NCBI RefSeq assembly: GCF_009914755.1
Contig: NC_060925.1
DNA from: the human T2T-CHM13v2.0 reference genome, Homo sapiens
Reading direction: 5' to 3' (one strand)
Length of the DNA: 64,000 nt
Shown here: one piece after another, positions 60,216 through 64,000 of the stretch
Position numbering within the stretch: the stretch's first letter is position 1
How the letters are laid out: the number at the start of each line of letters is the position of its first letter
Notes under the pieces: generated by a model
The model's input: only the letters and a program-made list of their open reading frames with translations
Database searches by the model: none
What the model was told of the DNA's origin: nothing
Translations under genes and position numbers: made by a program

Positions 60216-61213
60216 CTACACAAATGCTGTTGCAATAAATTAAAAACTCAGCTTAGATTATTAAATTTTAAAATCTGCAAACTTATAAACAGAATAGCTC
60301 AAGATTATGGAGGGCCTTGAAACTCACACAGAAATTTCTGAACTTGATGGAATCAATAAAATGGAGCCACTGAGATGACAGACTGAATTAGGAGAGGTGG
60401 CAATGAGATGAAAATGCAGGACAAAGACACAGGGACATTGCTAAGGAAAAAAAATGCTGCAGCTGAAGCAGAGGCAAGAGTCAAAAAGAACCATAGCTTC
60501 TAATTTGGCATCATGGCAGGATGAGTCATCTCTCCTTCAAACCAAGGAGCAGTCTAGAACATGGCAAAAGGGCTTCTCTGCCTTTTGGTAAAACAGTGAT
60601 GATGATAAGGATAGCTAAAATCTATGAAGTGTTTTCTGAGGGCCAAGACAGATAATAAGTGTTTACAGAAATCATATAACACCATCCAACAACCTCAGGA
60701 GGTAGGTCAACAAATTAGAAATGAACAATAGAGTAAGATGGTCAAATACACAGGCTCTGAAGCCATCCTGCCTGAGTTCAAGTCTTGACTTTACTACTTA
60801 CCATCCATATGACCTTGAGCAAGTTATTAACCTACCAGTCCCAAGTTTCCATTGCAAAATGGGGATAAATTCTACCTATCTCAGGAATTTTGTGAGGATT
60901 GAGTTAATGTATATAATGTCCATAGAACAGTACCTAGCACATATTAACATTCAACAAATATTAGATACTATTGTTATAAACTATTATATATTGCCATTCA
61001 AAATTTCACATCAAGTGACAAAACTACCCAGTAAATACAGAGATAATGGAAACTTGGATAAACAATCTTGAAAATTATTATATTAGGTTTACTCAAAGCT
61101 TATAAAAAAATTCCAGTTTGTTAGTCATAGTCCTGCTCCACTTGAGTACTTCTAAGTTGTCCTCCTAAATTGTAAAATCTAGCTCAAAATAATCATTTTT
61201 TGAGGCTATTTCA

Positions 61214-61531
<318 letters not shown>

Positions 61532-62285
61532 CTACATAGCAAAAGGGAACAATGCTCAAACTCTGATGAAGGCAATTATATAGAAAGCAATTTACAGGCC
61601 CAATTACTTACCTAACAGACTTTTTTCCTTGTGAAAACTAACTGCTTACTTCATAAACTTATTAACAAATACATTTATCCCCTCTGGCGAAAAATATGTT
61701 CTCATAGGATTTTTGCTTTAAATGCACTATAGCATTAACACAGCTGTATGTAATCAACCCAGCAAAAGATGTACTGTTTACAAAATGAAGATGATGAAAA
61801 GAGACCGCAGGCTTCAGCCAATGGGAGTCTGTAATCTACATCTCCCATAAACTGGCAAACAACATAACAAGAATAATAATAAGCAACAGACTAGCAACCC
61901 TAATAAATCACTATTCAGTTAAGGCCTCCTATCGTTATAATTGACAGACTGATCCAACAGTTAAGATAGAAATATTGGAAAGAAGTAGACCAAAATATTA
62001 GCAGTTCTCTCTAGGTGGTGGGTTCTTAGTGATTTAAATTTTCTTCCTTAAACTTTTTATATTACTTAATATTTAAACAATGAGAAATAGTATTATAATA
62101 AAGTAATAAATAAAGCTACTGGGCTTATAATTGAGTGAAGCAAGACATTACTGAGCTACGCACTATCCCAAGAAGTCAATATGAGATGTCAGACACTCTG
62201 TGAGATATCTCTGATTTCAACTGTATGAAAGGACTAATCTACCAAAGGTTACTGTAATCCCTGGGCCTTGCTCAGAACATAGGAA

Positions 62286-62420
62286 GGCCGGGTGTAGTGA
62301 CTCATGTCTATAATCTCAGCACTTTGGGAGGCCAAGACAGAAGGATTGCTTGAGCCCAGGAGTTCAAGACCAGCCTGGGCAAGAAAGTGAGATCCTATCT
62401 CTACCAAAAAAAAAAAAAAA
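62286..62420 (+). mobile_element. FLAM/Alu monomer
   Basis: Left-monomer consensus with A tail. Confidence 0.88.
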
Positions 62421-62694
62421 CCCACAGAAAATTTTACTTTTGTGGCTAACATGGAAAGGCAAAATGAGAGCCATGGAAAGATGAGTACAATATACCACTG
62501 AGTAAAATAACAGCAAGTTACAAGACTACATGTAGATCACAATTTCATTTACTATAAAATGTATACGTACATATGTATATAGGAAAAGAGATGTTTGAAA
62601 AGAAGTTCACTAATCTTTGGGTGGTAGTAGTTCAGGTGATTTTTTATTTTTTATATAGCTTTCTGTAACATTTAATTTAAAAAAATAAGTAGAT

Positions 62695-62808
62695 GCCAGG
62701 CACAGTGGCTCACACCTGGAATCATCACACTTCAGGAGGCCGTGGCAGGAGAAATGCTTGAACCCAGAAGTTCAAGATCAAGCTGGGCAACATAGTAAGA
62801 TCCCGTCT

Positions 62809-62849
<41 letters not shown>

Positions 62850-63007
62850 TTAATTAGCTGGGTGTGGTGGTGTACACATGTAGTCCCTGCTACTCAGGAG
62901 ACTGAGGTGGGAGGATCACTTGAACCTAGAAGATCAAGGCTGCAGTGATCCGTGATCACGCCACTGCACTCCAGCCTGGGCGACAGAGACAGACTCTGTC
63001 TCAAAAA

Positions 63008-63012
<5 letters not shown>
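62695..63012 (+). mobile_element. AluJ with (CA)19 in the linker, followed by (GT)20
   Basis: Alu consensus; CA run 62810-62847; GT run 63014-63053. Confidence 0.9.
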
Positions 63013-63056
<44 letters not shown>

Positions 63057-64000
63057 CACACACCATATATATCATTTTTATAAAATTAATAGATATTTTC
63101 TCCTCTTATATACAGTAACAGTGACCATCAACATTAGTTAAATAAAGGCCATTTTCTCCCTCAGAGGCTAGAAAACCTCACTGGACTGAGAATCCGAGTT
63201 TCATCGTTGTTTTACCTTCTCATACCATCCCAAAGCAACCCCAGTGTGGTGCTTCCTTCTTTGTGCTGTTTAGCCCAGAGGGGGATATCCTTCAAGTACC
63301 ATTACTACAGCCCCTTTCCAAAATTCAGGGAGGAGTACTGAGGTTAATCAAAATAACTCAGAGAAAGAAGTACCGACACTTGAAAATTCTACTTGATGAA
63401 TTTGCATAAGATAACCACCTAGAAGTACAACATACTGCTGTTACAAGATTGATTTCTTGGCACTGTGTATGAGAGCAAACCTTGTGAATTTAAACAAATC
63501 ACAAGACAATTGTTAATCATATATAATGTGAATTTGCTAAGAGTGAGTGAATGGTACCAAGCACATTTTCATAAGTCTTTATTCAAGGTCCACCAGTTTT
63601 ATTGAACTACATCAGAATTTTACTATTTAGCTTCAGTTGCTTAACCAATATAACTTGGAAAACAACTGGGATATCTAAAACTTTCAAGGATGCTGGAAGG
63701 ATTATAAGAAAAGAAAGTATATTCCTGGAAGAATGGAACTATTAAAAGGATTCACAAGTTTCTATTAGAAATCCTACCATAAACTGATAAGAAAGCCTTA
63801 CTTTTCTCATCTAGAAAATGAAAATGATAACAATAAAACCTATCCACAAAAGATTATACAGAGTTACACTAGATAATGTATATATTTATTATAGAGGGGC
63901 TCAATTAGTGTTATTTTTATTGCATAGCTTAAAAAGTCATGGCATACATAAAATAATGCCCAGTATAATGCATTTGAGAACTTTAGATCTATTACATAAT

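Overview
Human (or great-ape) genomic DNA that I recognise as the CCDC181 (C1orf114)-SLC19A2 (thiamine transporter 1) interval of 1q24.2. Both genes are on the minus strand. The window holds SLC19A2 exons 3-6 plus its ~1.9 kb 3'UTR, the first three coding exons of CCDC181, its proximal CpG-island promoter (RFX X-box, NRF1 site) and a second CpG-rich promoter-like island ~33 kb upstream. Most of the rest is transposon-derived: a long L1PA7/8-like element, nested L1PB/L1MB/L1M elements, Alus, LTRs (MER21, MER51, LTR8/HUERS-P1, LTR1, MLT2, MST), DNA transposons (MADE1, MER6, Tigger-type) and an HMGN1 processed pseudogene. The most unusual items seen directly in the sequence are four: (1) a HUERS-P1/LTR8 retrovirus inserted as an L1-mediated polyadenylated mRNA retrocopy; (2) a three-part inverted/re-inverted local duplication flanking it; (3) a young multi-step templated insertion with template-switch microhomologies; (4) unique-sequence islands with phase-compatible splice sites that may be relics of a lost protein-coding gene between SLC19A2 and CCDC181 (hypothesis only). 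Repeat subfamily names and percent identities were assigned by eye from remembered consensus sequences, not by a search.
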